A stretch of DNA of 55,127 nt, counting the filler, from Asterionella formosa (lineage: Eukaryota), in the NCBI GenBank assembly GCA_002256025.1. It is 5 parts of 5 records of this genome, joined end to end, with 100 filler letters (N's around TTAATTAATTAA, not from the genome) between each part and the next. Parts side by side here need not be neighbours in the genome. Positions count along the whole stretch, not along the records: positions 44,198 to 55,127 come from NKIB01008986.1; 4 more parts are not named here. One strand, given 5' to 3'. The number at the start of each line of letters is the position of its first letter. Position 1 is the stretch's first letter. The position numbers were made by a program, and so were the translations under genes. The notes beneath the pieces are model-generated. The model was not told the DNA's origin. It did no database searches and saw only the letters and a list, made by a program, of their open reading frames with translations. Positions 46,258-55,127 of the stretch are shown here, in pieces.

Positions 46258-46715
46258 GATTTACGGAATGATATCGAAAGCAGGAGAGAATGCACCGATG
46301 AAGACAATCATGGACTTGTTGGATGCGTTCGAGCGTGCGTAGCGAATACGATTGCTGCCTTTGGATGGTATTTATTTTCCCTCTTTTTATCCGTACTACC
46401 GATATTACTGTTTTTACATAGCGGTACCTGGTACCAGGTAGCACTGGATACTGTAGTAAGAATGCATCACATAGAACTATCGTACCTGGTACCTGGTACG
46501 GGTACACCGGTATATATATTTCTGCTGGGTAGACTACAGTATAGTATGTATGTACAGTTGTTACCTAAATTACGACAAGGAGAAATTCTGAATCCAAGGT
46601 CGATTTGAAACCTTTCTACCGACCGGAACCTTTCATCGCACACTGGTAACACAAGTTCGCACGACAATCCATTTACCACTCGTCGAGTCGTTGAAACGAC
46701 GAATAAGGTTCCACG

Positions 46716-48884
46716 ATGACCACAAGCCCCGCTGTTACGGCATTCTCGCTCGGACTTTGCGCCTTAATTGCCCTGATATCAGATGTAAACTCTCCCATGG
46801 AAGGTGATCGAGAAGATTTGATTCGATTCCTGCAAGAAACCATTCAAGACAACAGTGATCCAATGTCGCTGTCATCATTGGCCCAAAAAATCCAACAAGT
46901 CGACCCGGGGTGTGCTCATATTTGGATGCAATTACTGACTGCTTCGGCAGAATCAATCGATAGCTTACTGGAACTCGTTAGCAGCTTTCAGAAAGCTCTC
47001 CAGGATGGCATCGTAGACGGTGCAAGTCAGGCTGGGATTTTGATCCGAACCACTTGCCTGTCTTTGGATGATATGCTGTTTGACCGCATCGGCGTTCTGT
47101 GGAAGAATTACCACGAGGAAATCGAGGCCTTGATAAATCAGAAAGAATATCACGAAGAAACGAGACAGTCGACTCCTTCTACGCATTCCTTGCGCTTAGC
47201 TTGCCTTGCCTTGGAACGAACTGGAGTTGTGCAGAGCACACCTGACCAATTGTCGAGTGACTACCCGGAGGGTCACTTTTTGAGATTTATGCAGCACCTT
47301 TCTGAAGGAGAACGGGTGGGAGCAGTTCATTCTCTTCATCAATTTGTTGACACAGCCATGATTGCTGAACGCAAGAAGGAACACGAGGCGTGCACAAAAC
47401 GAAGTAATGTATTGGGTCACGCTGCAGTCCTGCTCGCTAGTATACACGCCAAGTTTGGAGAAGGCTCCCTACACAAACTGGCAACTGAAGAAGCTCTCAG
47501 AGTTGCTCAGCAAAGTGGAGATTCCGCGAGCATAGCCTTCGCGATGGCATTATTGTATGAAAGTGGCTTTGGCGGTTCTGCCGAAGATTTGCTCAATCAA
47601 TGCAATATTCGAGCGACGGGAGCACGTTGCTTTTCTTTGGCAAATTCTGCTAATCTAGCCATGGCCAAAGAGTTTTTAGCACGCGGGAATATCCAGGATG
47701 CCTGGCGTGAGTGGATGCTGTCGACGATCGAGAAATCGGCAGATCCTACAACGGTTTGGACCGATAGACCAGCTCGGCTTACAACAAATACTCGACAATT
47801 GCAAAGCCAGCAGCTCATAGTGGGTTTGGAAATGTGGGAAAGCTTAGGCTTCTATGGAATGACGTTATTGTTGTCTAAGATTGCCTTGAATTCTAAAATC
47901 ATCGGGTTATCACAGCAAACGCATTTGGTAGGGAAATCGATTCAAGCGTCCATGTATGGGCCAGAGTTATGTTCCTCACGATCGCGTAGTCGATACCAAG
48001 CTGCATTGGATCTAATAACGAAAGTTAATCCCAACAACATTAAGTTTTTGAAGGCGCTGGTGATGCATGAGTGGGCCTGCCGATTAGGACGTTTGCAAGA
48101 CGCCCGCGTGTTGCTAGGGTTCCTCCAGAGTTATCTCAACCCTTGCATGAACAACTATTTGCTAGCTACAGTGCAAGTCGGTTCTCAGCATGCTCTTTTG
48201 CTCTCACGACAAGGTCGATTTGATAAAGCCAAAACCGTCCTCACAGAGCTCCTTGACATTTGCAAGGAAGGAGATCTCCCTAAGGAGAGGATAACTGTAA
48301 TGCTACAGCTCGCTACGAACGAGTTGGATGCTTCGCCCGATATTTTCACTGGAGCTCTGAAGCCACTGCTAGATTGTTTGGAACTTACTGAAAAGCTTTC
48401 GATAGACTCACTGAACGCAACAACACTCTCTTTATTGGCTCAAATCCAGGTTCGCTTGAGTAAACCCAAAAAGGCGCTTCCTATGCTAAAAGCTGCCATG
48501 CCCAATTTGCGGCAACAAGGACATATTTGGTATTTCGCTGAAGCTCATTTAACACATGCAAAGTGCTATCTTTTGCTTGCAAATGAGGAAAAACGACGTG
48601 TTGCTTCTCTCAATGAAACGCTTCAATGGTTAGAGAGAGCAGGTGAAATATTCACTGAATGTCAAGATTTACTGCGATTGAAAGAAGTTTTCTACTTGCA
48701 AGCTCGAGTCTACAATGTTCTTCCAGGTGAAGTTGGTAATCGCGACGAGGCGTGTAGAAAATTCGTAAATTTGACCAATTACATGGACAATATCAACAAA
48801 CCATCAAACAGAAAGACAATCAATGCTATATTTGAATCTGATTTCAAAATACAACTCGAGGGAACTTTTTTCCCTACTTGCTGA
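46716..48884 (+). CDS. APC5: Anaphase-promoting complex subunit 5 (TPR-like)
   Basis: HFLRFMQHL...AVHSLHQFVD, HAAVLLASIHAKFG...EEALRVAQQSGD, helical repeats and C-terminal LKEVFYLQARVYN...RDEAC. Confidence 0.8.
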   Translation: MTTSPAVTAFSLGLCALIALISDVNSPMEGDREDLIRFLQETIQDNSDPMSLSSLAQKIQQVDPGCAHIWMQLLTASAESIDSLLELVSSFQKALQDGIVDGASQAGILIRTTCLSLDDMLFDRIGVLWKNYHEEIEALINQKEYHEETRQSTPSTHSLRLACLALERTGVVQSTPDQLSSDYPEGHFLRFMQHLSEGERVGAVHSLHQFVDTAMIAERKKEHEACTKRSNVLGHAAVLLASIHAKFGEGSLHKLATEEALRVAQQSGDSASIAFAMALLYESGFGGSAEDLLNQCNIRATGARCFSLANSANLAMAKEFLARGNIQDAWREWMLSTIEKSADPTTVWTDRPARLTTNTRQLQSQQLIVGLEMWESLGFYGMTLLLSKIALNSKIIGLSQQTHLVGKSIQASMYGPELCSSRSRSRYQAALDLITKVNPNNIKFLKALVMHEWACRLGRLQDARVLLGFLQSYLNPCMNNYLLATVQVGSQHALLLSRQGRFDKAKTVLTELLDICKEGDLPKERITVMLQLATNELDASPDIFTGALKPLLDCLELTEKLSIDSLNATTLSLLAQIQVRLSKPKKALPMLKAAMPNLRQQGHIWYFAEAHLTHAKCYLLLANEEKRRVASLNETLQWLERAGEIFTECQDLLRLKEVFYLQARVYNVLPGEVGNRDEACRKFVNLTNYMDNINKPSNRKTINAIFESDFKIQLEGTFFPTC

Positions 48885-48998
48885 GAATTATGTACGTTCC
48901 ATCGCACGGGCGATACTTGGCGAACGACCGTTTTAGTTTCAGTTTGAAATTATAGAATCTCCGTTCATATTTTTCAAGTTCAATCACTCAAACTGTAA

Positions 48999-49346
48999 AT
49001 GATGGACCGTATTTTTATTTTTGTGGTCGCACTCGTCGGATTTCCAGTTTTCTGCGTGATATGTACAGTTGCATTTAACTGTGGCGATGAGAGCCTTTAT
49101 CGACTCGAGGACGAGCAAGTCACACAAAAAGAGCAACGAACGAAAGCTTCAGTACTTTTGAAGCCTCTACAGATTGTAGATTGGATGGATATCGTTGACG
49201 AGGAATGCCCAATATGCTTCTGTGTTTTTGATGAACAAGATCCGGTTGTGGAGACTGGATGCAGGCACAGATTTCACGAAAATTGCTTACTGTCGTGGTT
49301 TATGCAAAACGCAAACTGCCCCGTGTGCCGGGAATCTTGCGCTTAA
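48999..49346 (+). CDS. Small membrane-anchored RING-H2 E3 ligase-like protein
   Basis: N-terminal TM helix and canonical CPIC...CRHRFHENCLLSW...CPVCR. Confidence 0.8.
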   Translation: MMDRIFIFVVALVGFPVFCVICTVAFNCGDESLYRLEDEQVTQKEQRTKASVLLKPLQIVDWMDIVDEECPICFCVFDEQDPVVETGCRHRFHENCLLSWFMQNANCPVCRESCA

Positions 49347-50028
49347 TCACACAAGGCAGCTATGACAAAAAGTAGGCGATGAATTCACTTCTCCTGTGAA
49401 ACCAGGATTTGAGTTATTTCGAATTGGAAATGCCGATCTGCTGATGATTTTTAACATGAGTGCTGATACTAGATACTTTAGTGTCTCTCGTAACCGACTA
49501 GATTGGAACAAACCAAGAAAAATTTGTTTACATCACTTGGATTTATTTAGTCGGAGATATCTAAATAACAAGGAAGAAGCAACTTAACCCTGATATACAA
49601 CAAGTCATTCCTAGCATATTGTATCTCCCAAGTACTTACGCCAGCGATATATTGGGATCGCAAATTACCACGTAGGGACCAATGTTGGTGATACGACACA
49701 AATTCAGTAACCAGAGTACTAGGTCATTTGAATAGCATGGCTCTACTGGCTTTGTTCAGTCGTTTATTCTCTAGCAGGAAAAAGATTTTTACAAAATGTC
49801 AGAGATGTTCGCAAAAGAATGTTATGCAAGGATTCGAGAATATATCTTCTGGTGCTCTGATTGATTTGATTGTCAGAGGGTTTTGTCAATTTAGTATTTT
49901 AGTTGACACATGACCCAACCAGCAGCAATAGCCTATCTCATTGACACGTGATCATGAAGTAGCGTCGTCTTCATAAATGAGTTCCCAAATAAAAAAAATC
50001 AATAGTGATATGCAGTTCAGGTCGTGCT

Positions 50029-52368
50029 CTAGTGCAAGCCTTTGGCATTAGCGTCGTCAGCACCTGCTCCACTACCCATTGCGAAGACCAAAATTTTGTC
50101 TTTTTCAAACAACGGAATATATAACTTTGCATGATTGCTATCTTGTTCAATAGAGAGAAAGTCATCGTAGCCAATACCAATACTACCCACGGTGGCTCCG
50201 CATTCAATCTCGACCATGAGCTTGTAACGCGCTGCTGGATCGGCATCGGCATGCTCATTCCTACCCTCATCATCGCCAATTGGACGAAGAATGTAGGCGG
50301 ACTCGGAGCAGTCGCCGGCAATAGCAATCAACGGACGCCTGCATGATGTGGCTCCTTCCTTCGTTGGATGAAATGTGTAGACAAATCCAGGTGCTCCAGG
50401 GTTGATCATATTGACCAGCTTGCGTACAACTGTGAAGCCAGAAGCTACAGTTGTTCTCAACCAAGGCTCTGTTTTCCAGGCATCCTTGCCATCAGGCACT
50501 CGAAATGCGAAGAGAGAACCGCCATCAGTGGAACACTCGTCCTCAGAGTAACATAAATTGTCAAGCCCGTTTCGAGGATTCCCAACGGGGGGAAACATTC
50601 CGTTACTATTCGTGTTTTCGTTGACTCTGCCCTTATGGCTTGTCACTAGAATGTGCGAGAAGGTGTCACCAGGCATATTAGTCATCACAGTACTACCCGA
50701 TTCAACGATAACACGATGAATGTCGTGAGTTCTACAAGTGCCGTTTTCGCAGTCCAAGTCGACAAGGATAGACCCAAAGACAGCACCGCACGTGTCATCG
50801 ATCGTACGCTCAAAGACGATTCGTGGTTCAGTACCACGCAAGATTGACGTCAAAGTAACCTTGTGGCCAAAGAAATGGCTGGCGATGACTTCGATAGTTC
50901 CATCTTCCGTATCCAAATCGGCAACGTTAAACATGACATCAGCGCCTTCACTGAGCACATGCGTCTTCCAAGGGAGGTGTCTAGGACTGAATGGGTCAAA
51001 AACTGCTCCGTCGCTTTCCAGAGGTGTTCCGGTGACAGTGTCATGACGAAAAGGTTTGGGTTGTTCTACCCAAATGAGTTGAGTTTCGGCTATGCTACCT
51101 CCTGACGTACCACTGCCAGAAGTAAATTTGCCTGAAACCTTCGCTCTGGCAGTGAGAATGGATTGTCGACCATCTCCGGTCAAGTCAATCCAAACCGAGC
51201 GGTGATAAAACCAACCCATGTTCTCCGCTTCTGGTCCAACCACATGATGATGACCGCCTGTTAAACAGACGGTCCGCTCCGAATCTGGATTTCCAGGGTT
51301 CTTGACAATATAAAGCCCGCCTTTGTCCTTTCCAGGGACCAAGAATCCATCGCTGACAAGAAGTGCATCACCAAGCACGTTATGTTCATTAAGAGGGCTA
51401 GTCGATAGCGACTTGGTTGAATCAGGTTTCCTTTCTAAGAGTGACAATGGAACGGGGCCAGCTTCATTCGGCCATAGCAACGATCTTGCCGATCTTTGAT
51501 TCACAGACCTAATGTGTCCTGTCTTGACATCAAAACTATGAATATAACCGAGTTGTCCACCTAGAGAAAATCCGCTCACCCACAACCGATCATGCCGGGG
51601 TCCTTGTCTGTGGTGCCTGTCGAGTTGCTCCATGAGAGCCGAGTTCTGCCAGCGGTTCCACGCATCGCCGACACCCACCACTGCACGAACCGATGCTGTC
51701 AATCCCGCAGTATTAGATGGAAGTACGTTGATATGACCAGGCTTTTTCACGTTGATTTCTCCAATAAGTTCCACGCTCAACTTGACGAGTTGATTTAATG
51801 GATTGCGACATTTGTGGTCCACCAATTGAGTATTCGCTACTATCGCCATACTACTTTCATCAGGTTTAGTTCGACGAACAAGAATAGAAGCTGTTACTGC
51901 ATTTTTAATCCATCGCCGAATCGGGGTGGCTTTAACAGTGATCAAGAGAGGATCTCTGCCAGTGACGAACCGTTGACGTCCAAGAGTCTGTCTGAAGACA
52001 TTGTGATATGCATTCGAGATACCATCTAAGCTGGGTTGAGCCAAACTTCGGCTTTGTAGAATGTGCAGCAATCGTTTTGAGCTTTCCAATTCGGGGGAGC
52101 TCTCGAACGGTGTATCCACGTCGCCATCAAAGGTCGAGTCGACGACACTGGCCATGCCAAACGAACTTGAACCCGCGGGCCACTTTTGAAGTGTTGGGCT
52201 TGTTTTCATCGTGTTATAACCTGCAGACAGAAATTTATGACTAACAAGAGATACAGTTTGAATGTAGGCAGATGAGAGTGCCAGAGGAGATGTAAGCATT
52301 GCAACAAGCAATGCTAAATTCGCCAACGAATTGTTTCTCCTTATGCTTCGCTTGCGTCGTGTTGTCAT
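50029..52368 (-). CDS. Signal-peptide protein with FG-GAP/VCBS-like beta-propeller repeats
   Basis: 779-aa ORF with a hydrophobic signal ending LSSA-Y and Ca-loop-like WIDLTGDGRQSIL, VADLDTEDGTIEV and LVDLDC segments. Confidence 0.7.
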   Translation of the reverse strand: MTTRRKRSIRRNNSLANLALLVAMLTSPLALSSAYIQTVSLVSHKFLSAGYNTMKTSPTLQKWPAGSSSFGMASVVDSTFDGDVDTPFESSPELESSKRLLHILQSRSLAQPSLDGISNAYHNVFRQTLGRQRFVTGRDPLLITVKATPIRRWIKNAVTASILVRRTKPDESSMAIVANTQLVDHKCRNPLNQLVKLSVELIGEINVKKPGHINVLPSNTAGLTASVRAVVGVGDAWNRWQNSALMEQLDRHHRQGPRHDRLWVSGFSLGGQLGYIHSFDVKTGHIRSVNQRSARSLLWPNEAGPVPLSLLERKPDSTKSLSTSPLNEHNVLGDALLVSDGFLVPGKDKGGLYIVKNPGNPDSERTVCLTGGHHHVVGPEAENMGWFYHRSVWIDLTGDGRQSILTARAKVSGKFTSGSGTSGGSIAETQLIWVEQPKPFRHDTVTGTPLESDGAVFDPFSPRHLPWKTHVLSEGADVMFNVADLDTEDGTIEVIASHFFGHKVTLTSILRGTEPRIVFERTIDDTCGAVFGSILVDLDCENGTCRTHDIHRVIVESGSTVMTNMPGDTFSHILVTSHKGRVNENTNSNGMFPPVGNPRNGLDNLCYSEDECSTDGGSLFAFRVPDGKDAWKTEPWLRTTVASGFTVVRKLVNMINPGAPGFVYTFHPTKEGATSCRRPLIAIAGDCSESAYILRPIGDDEGRNEHADADPAARYKLMVEIECGATVGSIGIGYDDFLSIEQDSNHAKLYIPLFEKDKILVFAMGSGAGADDANAKGLH

Positions 52369-52923
52369 TTTGATTTCGAATGAAGTGGTGAATTAACTGC
52401 ATTTTTAGGGAAGGAGTGATGTCGGTACCTCGGCTGGAGAATGTATGATCACAGTCTTGGCAACTGGGATACGAAGCGGATGTCTTGGCGGAACTGGTGT
52501 CAGAACACCTGGATTCCTGATGAGGGAAAAATAAAAGAGACATCCGGTAACTCGCTCCAGCCACCGTAATTGGTAAAAAACGCGCAAGATGTGGTGGGGT
52601 ATGTTCCTGTAGGACTCTTGTATTTGTCTACTGGGGGCAATTTCATACTGGCACGGTAGCTTTTGATCTGAAAATTCAAGTGAACTAACCGTGTTAACAA
52701 CAGTCGTATTGTTTAGATGTTCGAAAAGTTAAACCCGTTTAAATTGTGGGTATACCCCTGGGGGTACTGGTACCAGGTACCAGGAGGAGGATCGACGATG
52801 AGGATTGCGCTGCATCGTCTGCCTCGTCGTTTGCAATTTTGTTACTCTTCGCTCATGTAAGAATAACGCATAGACCGATAGCTGTAGTCCAATCTATAAA
52901 AACTAATATTACTAATAATAATA

Positions 52924-53003
52924 ATACATACATACATACATACATACATACATACATACATACATACATACATACATACATACATACATACATACATACA
53001 TAC
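52924..53003. repeat. (ATAC)20 microsatellite preceded by a short (AAT)n run
   Basis: Perfect tetranucleotide array read directly from the sequence. Confidence 0.97.
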
Positions 53004-53312
53004 TAGACTACATGCATAGATACAAAAACACAGATTTGAAGTCTAGTAAAATACGGTATACGAAGAAGCGAACAGTCCCTTTCGTATTTTTTAGTTGCCA
53101 TACACGTGGAATTATCGACTGACGCAAAGCCAACAGTGGTGGCCTCTGCCGAAAAGCCAATCATCGATTTGCTTCAATTTTTTTCCGAGATCGATTTGAC
53201 TCTTCGTCACGCAAAAAGCACGCACAGCGAGCAAGACAACAATCCTTACAGAGCTTTAGCCGAAAGTGTTTGCAACTGCACATATTCCTCATAGGTTCCT
53301 CTCAAATTAACT

Positions 53313-53753
53313 ATGAAGATCGCCATTGTTACCACCTTGTTTGCGTTTGTTGCCTCCAGTGCATCGGCGTTTGTCCCGTCATCCAACTCGCGTTCATTTG
53401 GCGTCCGCGCATCTTCGCCGCTCCAAGCAAAGTACAAGTCTATGGATGAGATCCTTGCCAAGTTCCCAGAAGACCTTCCTATTTTGATCAACTTCTACGA
53501 TGCCGCTACTGAGGCCGACATCAAGAACGACATCTTCCGTGCCAAGGCGCTGCTCAAAGACAGATGTACCGTTTGCTCCATCAAACAACAAGACTATCCC
53601 GAGATTGCCAAGCTATGGGATTGCGATAAGAAGTCGCCTAGCATGATTTTGTTCAAGGATGGATCTCCAGTTTTGAGGCTGTATGAAACTACGTTTTATG
53701 GAGATATTCTTAGTAAAGTAAGTGTTCACTGCCCTCCTCCTGATGACGAGTAA
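53313..53753 (+). CDS. Plastid-targeted thioredoxin-fold protein lacking the canonical active-site CxxC
   Basis: Signal peptide plus ASA-FVP plus transit peptide. PILINFY strand, DYPEIAKLW helix and SPSMILFKDG cis-Pro loop are typical of thioredoxins. Confidence 0.78.
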   Translation: MKIAIVTTLFAFVASSASAFVPSSNSRSFGVRASSPLQAKYKSMDEILAKFPEDLPILINFYDAATEADIKNDIFRAKALLKDRCTVCSIKQQDYPEIAKLWDCDKKSPSMILFKDGSPVLRLYETTFYGDILSKVSVHCPPPDDE

Positions 53754-54275
53754 GTTGTTTGATGGATTTTAGATAATACAGAGAAGATACAATTTGCACA
53801 CACCCAGGTTGATTTATAAACAGCATAAGGAACATGAGGGAACGTCGAAATCTCATTGGAAATTGTGAATGGAATCTACAAAGCCATCTCAAGACAATAG
53901 CAATTAATATTCCATTATACTTTGAAACTATATTAATTCATCAATATGATATGATATGATCTTTTGCAATGTCTTGGACACACCTAGAGGTACATACTAT
54001 ACACGAACCTAAATATTTATTTGTTTATTACCATACCAGGGGCGGCAGTGTATAAATAGCCTGTGGTATTTTTTATTTGACAAGTACAAAATGGGGGACT
54101 ACCGAAAAAGATATTTCGTTTGTTGGTAAGATGTAAGGTAAAAGCAAAAGAGGACAAACATGCAGAAGATTTAAAAAAACAATAAGCTTTGTGTCACATC
54201 TCAGTCCTGCAAGGAAGTGGTTGTGATGTTGAAGGATTAGCCAAGTGACAGGAAGGGGATTACATGTTTGGACCA

Positions 54276-54897
54276 GCAAGTTGCGGTCACTTTCCTGAAA
54301 TGGACAATGTGTTGCCGGACAGGGCCTTATTAACTGTTATATAAAGAACGCATTCTATTTATAGCACGATTCTTCGAAATAAATAGCAGAGTTCTTCTAG
54401 TGGCAAAAACAAGAGAACACACAGCATATGACTATGACTTTCATGAATTTCAGGAAATGCTATGAGTTTCAGGAAATGTAAGGAAATTTCAGGAAACATA
54501 AGTAAACGTAAGGAAATGTCAGCAAATTTCCGTAAATGCATGGAGTTTCCTGAAGTCTCCAAAATTGGGCTTTTCTTGCCAAAGTGAAAAACCCACCAAT
54601 CCTTCATTCTGGATTAAAAGTACCCTACTGGTAATAGTTAGGATCATTTGAAATACCAGTGGTGGTGGGGAATGACCCATAGGACTCAAATATAGTAGTT
54701 CGCACTGTTCTGACCAATGGCCTTGGCGGCTAGTAGGAGGCCTTCCCATGGTCCAATTCTGTAAAATCTGCAAAACAATGAGATAACCATATCTGAGCCT
54801 GCAAGTTGCGGTCACTGAATCATGCTATAAATAGAAGACGTTCTTTATATAACATTAAATATGTCCCTGTGTGGCAACACATTGTCTGTTTCAGGAA
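54276..54897. repeat. 81-bp diverged inverted repeat plus a 16-bp exact direct repeat (foldback/MITE-like)
   Basis: Arms at 54292-54372 and 54817-54897 are reverse-complementary. GCAAGTTGCGGTCACT at 54276-54291 and 54801-54816. Internal TTTCAGGAAA subrepeats at ~54448-54500. Confidence 0.85.
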
Positions 54898-55127
54898 GCC
54901 CCAATGTCGATTTTCGTCCCCGAACCCTAACCCTTATCTTCAGATGCTACCCCCATGGAAAAGTCTGGGGTTTTAGGGGGACGAATTACCTTTGCTTTCT
55001 TTCCGTCGTTTATTCTAGTGCTTGTATATACCGGTATTGTTCTACATGCGACCTGTAAAATAAGTACAGGTATTAATTTATTATACCAGGTACCGGTAGT
55101 TTGATGATTTCACTACCGGTATGTACA

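Noticed and set aside
31756..49346. Ubiquitin-proteasome gene cluster (RING, ECM29, APC5, RING)
   Set aside because: The genes lie on three different scaffolds; only APC5 and the small RING gene are truly adjacent.
52746..53006. 86-aa ORF ending in (YIHT)n
   Set aside because: It is a translation of the (ATAC)n microsatellite.

Overview
Eukaryotic nuclear DNA, most likely from a diatom: it has short 69-138 bp GT-AG introns, bipartite plastid-targeting presequences including a textbook ASA-FVP motif, and diatom-like retroelement relics. The window is not one locus. It is five scaffolds of descending size (10977, 10947, 10941, 10932, 10930 bp) joined by artificial 100-bp spacers (N44-TTAATTAATTAA-N44), so there is no synteny across spacers. 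I call 19 protein genes: phosphoglycolate phosphatase, a GARP/SHLQKY Myb factor, a flavin amine oxidase, TFIIH Tfb4, MoaC, an unknown type II membrane protein, a sulfotransferase-like protein, SF1/BBP, two divergent CBS-pair paralogues, an ERCC6L-like SNF2 ATPase, two RING-H2 proteins, ECM29, a ParB/Srx-like protein, VPS29, APC5, an FG-GAP-like protein and a plastid thioredoxin-fold protein. There are also decayed copia, non-LTR and DDE-like elements and a tRNA-derived SINE candidate. The strongest unexplained signal is a palindromic TACCGGTA / TACCWGGTA / GGTACC motif family clustered upstream of most genes and not seen in coding exons. All family calls come from motif recognition by eye; no searches were run. 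I found no firm evidence of a complete new multi-gene system.
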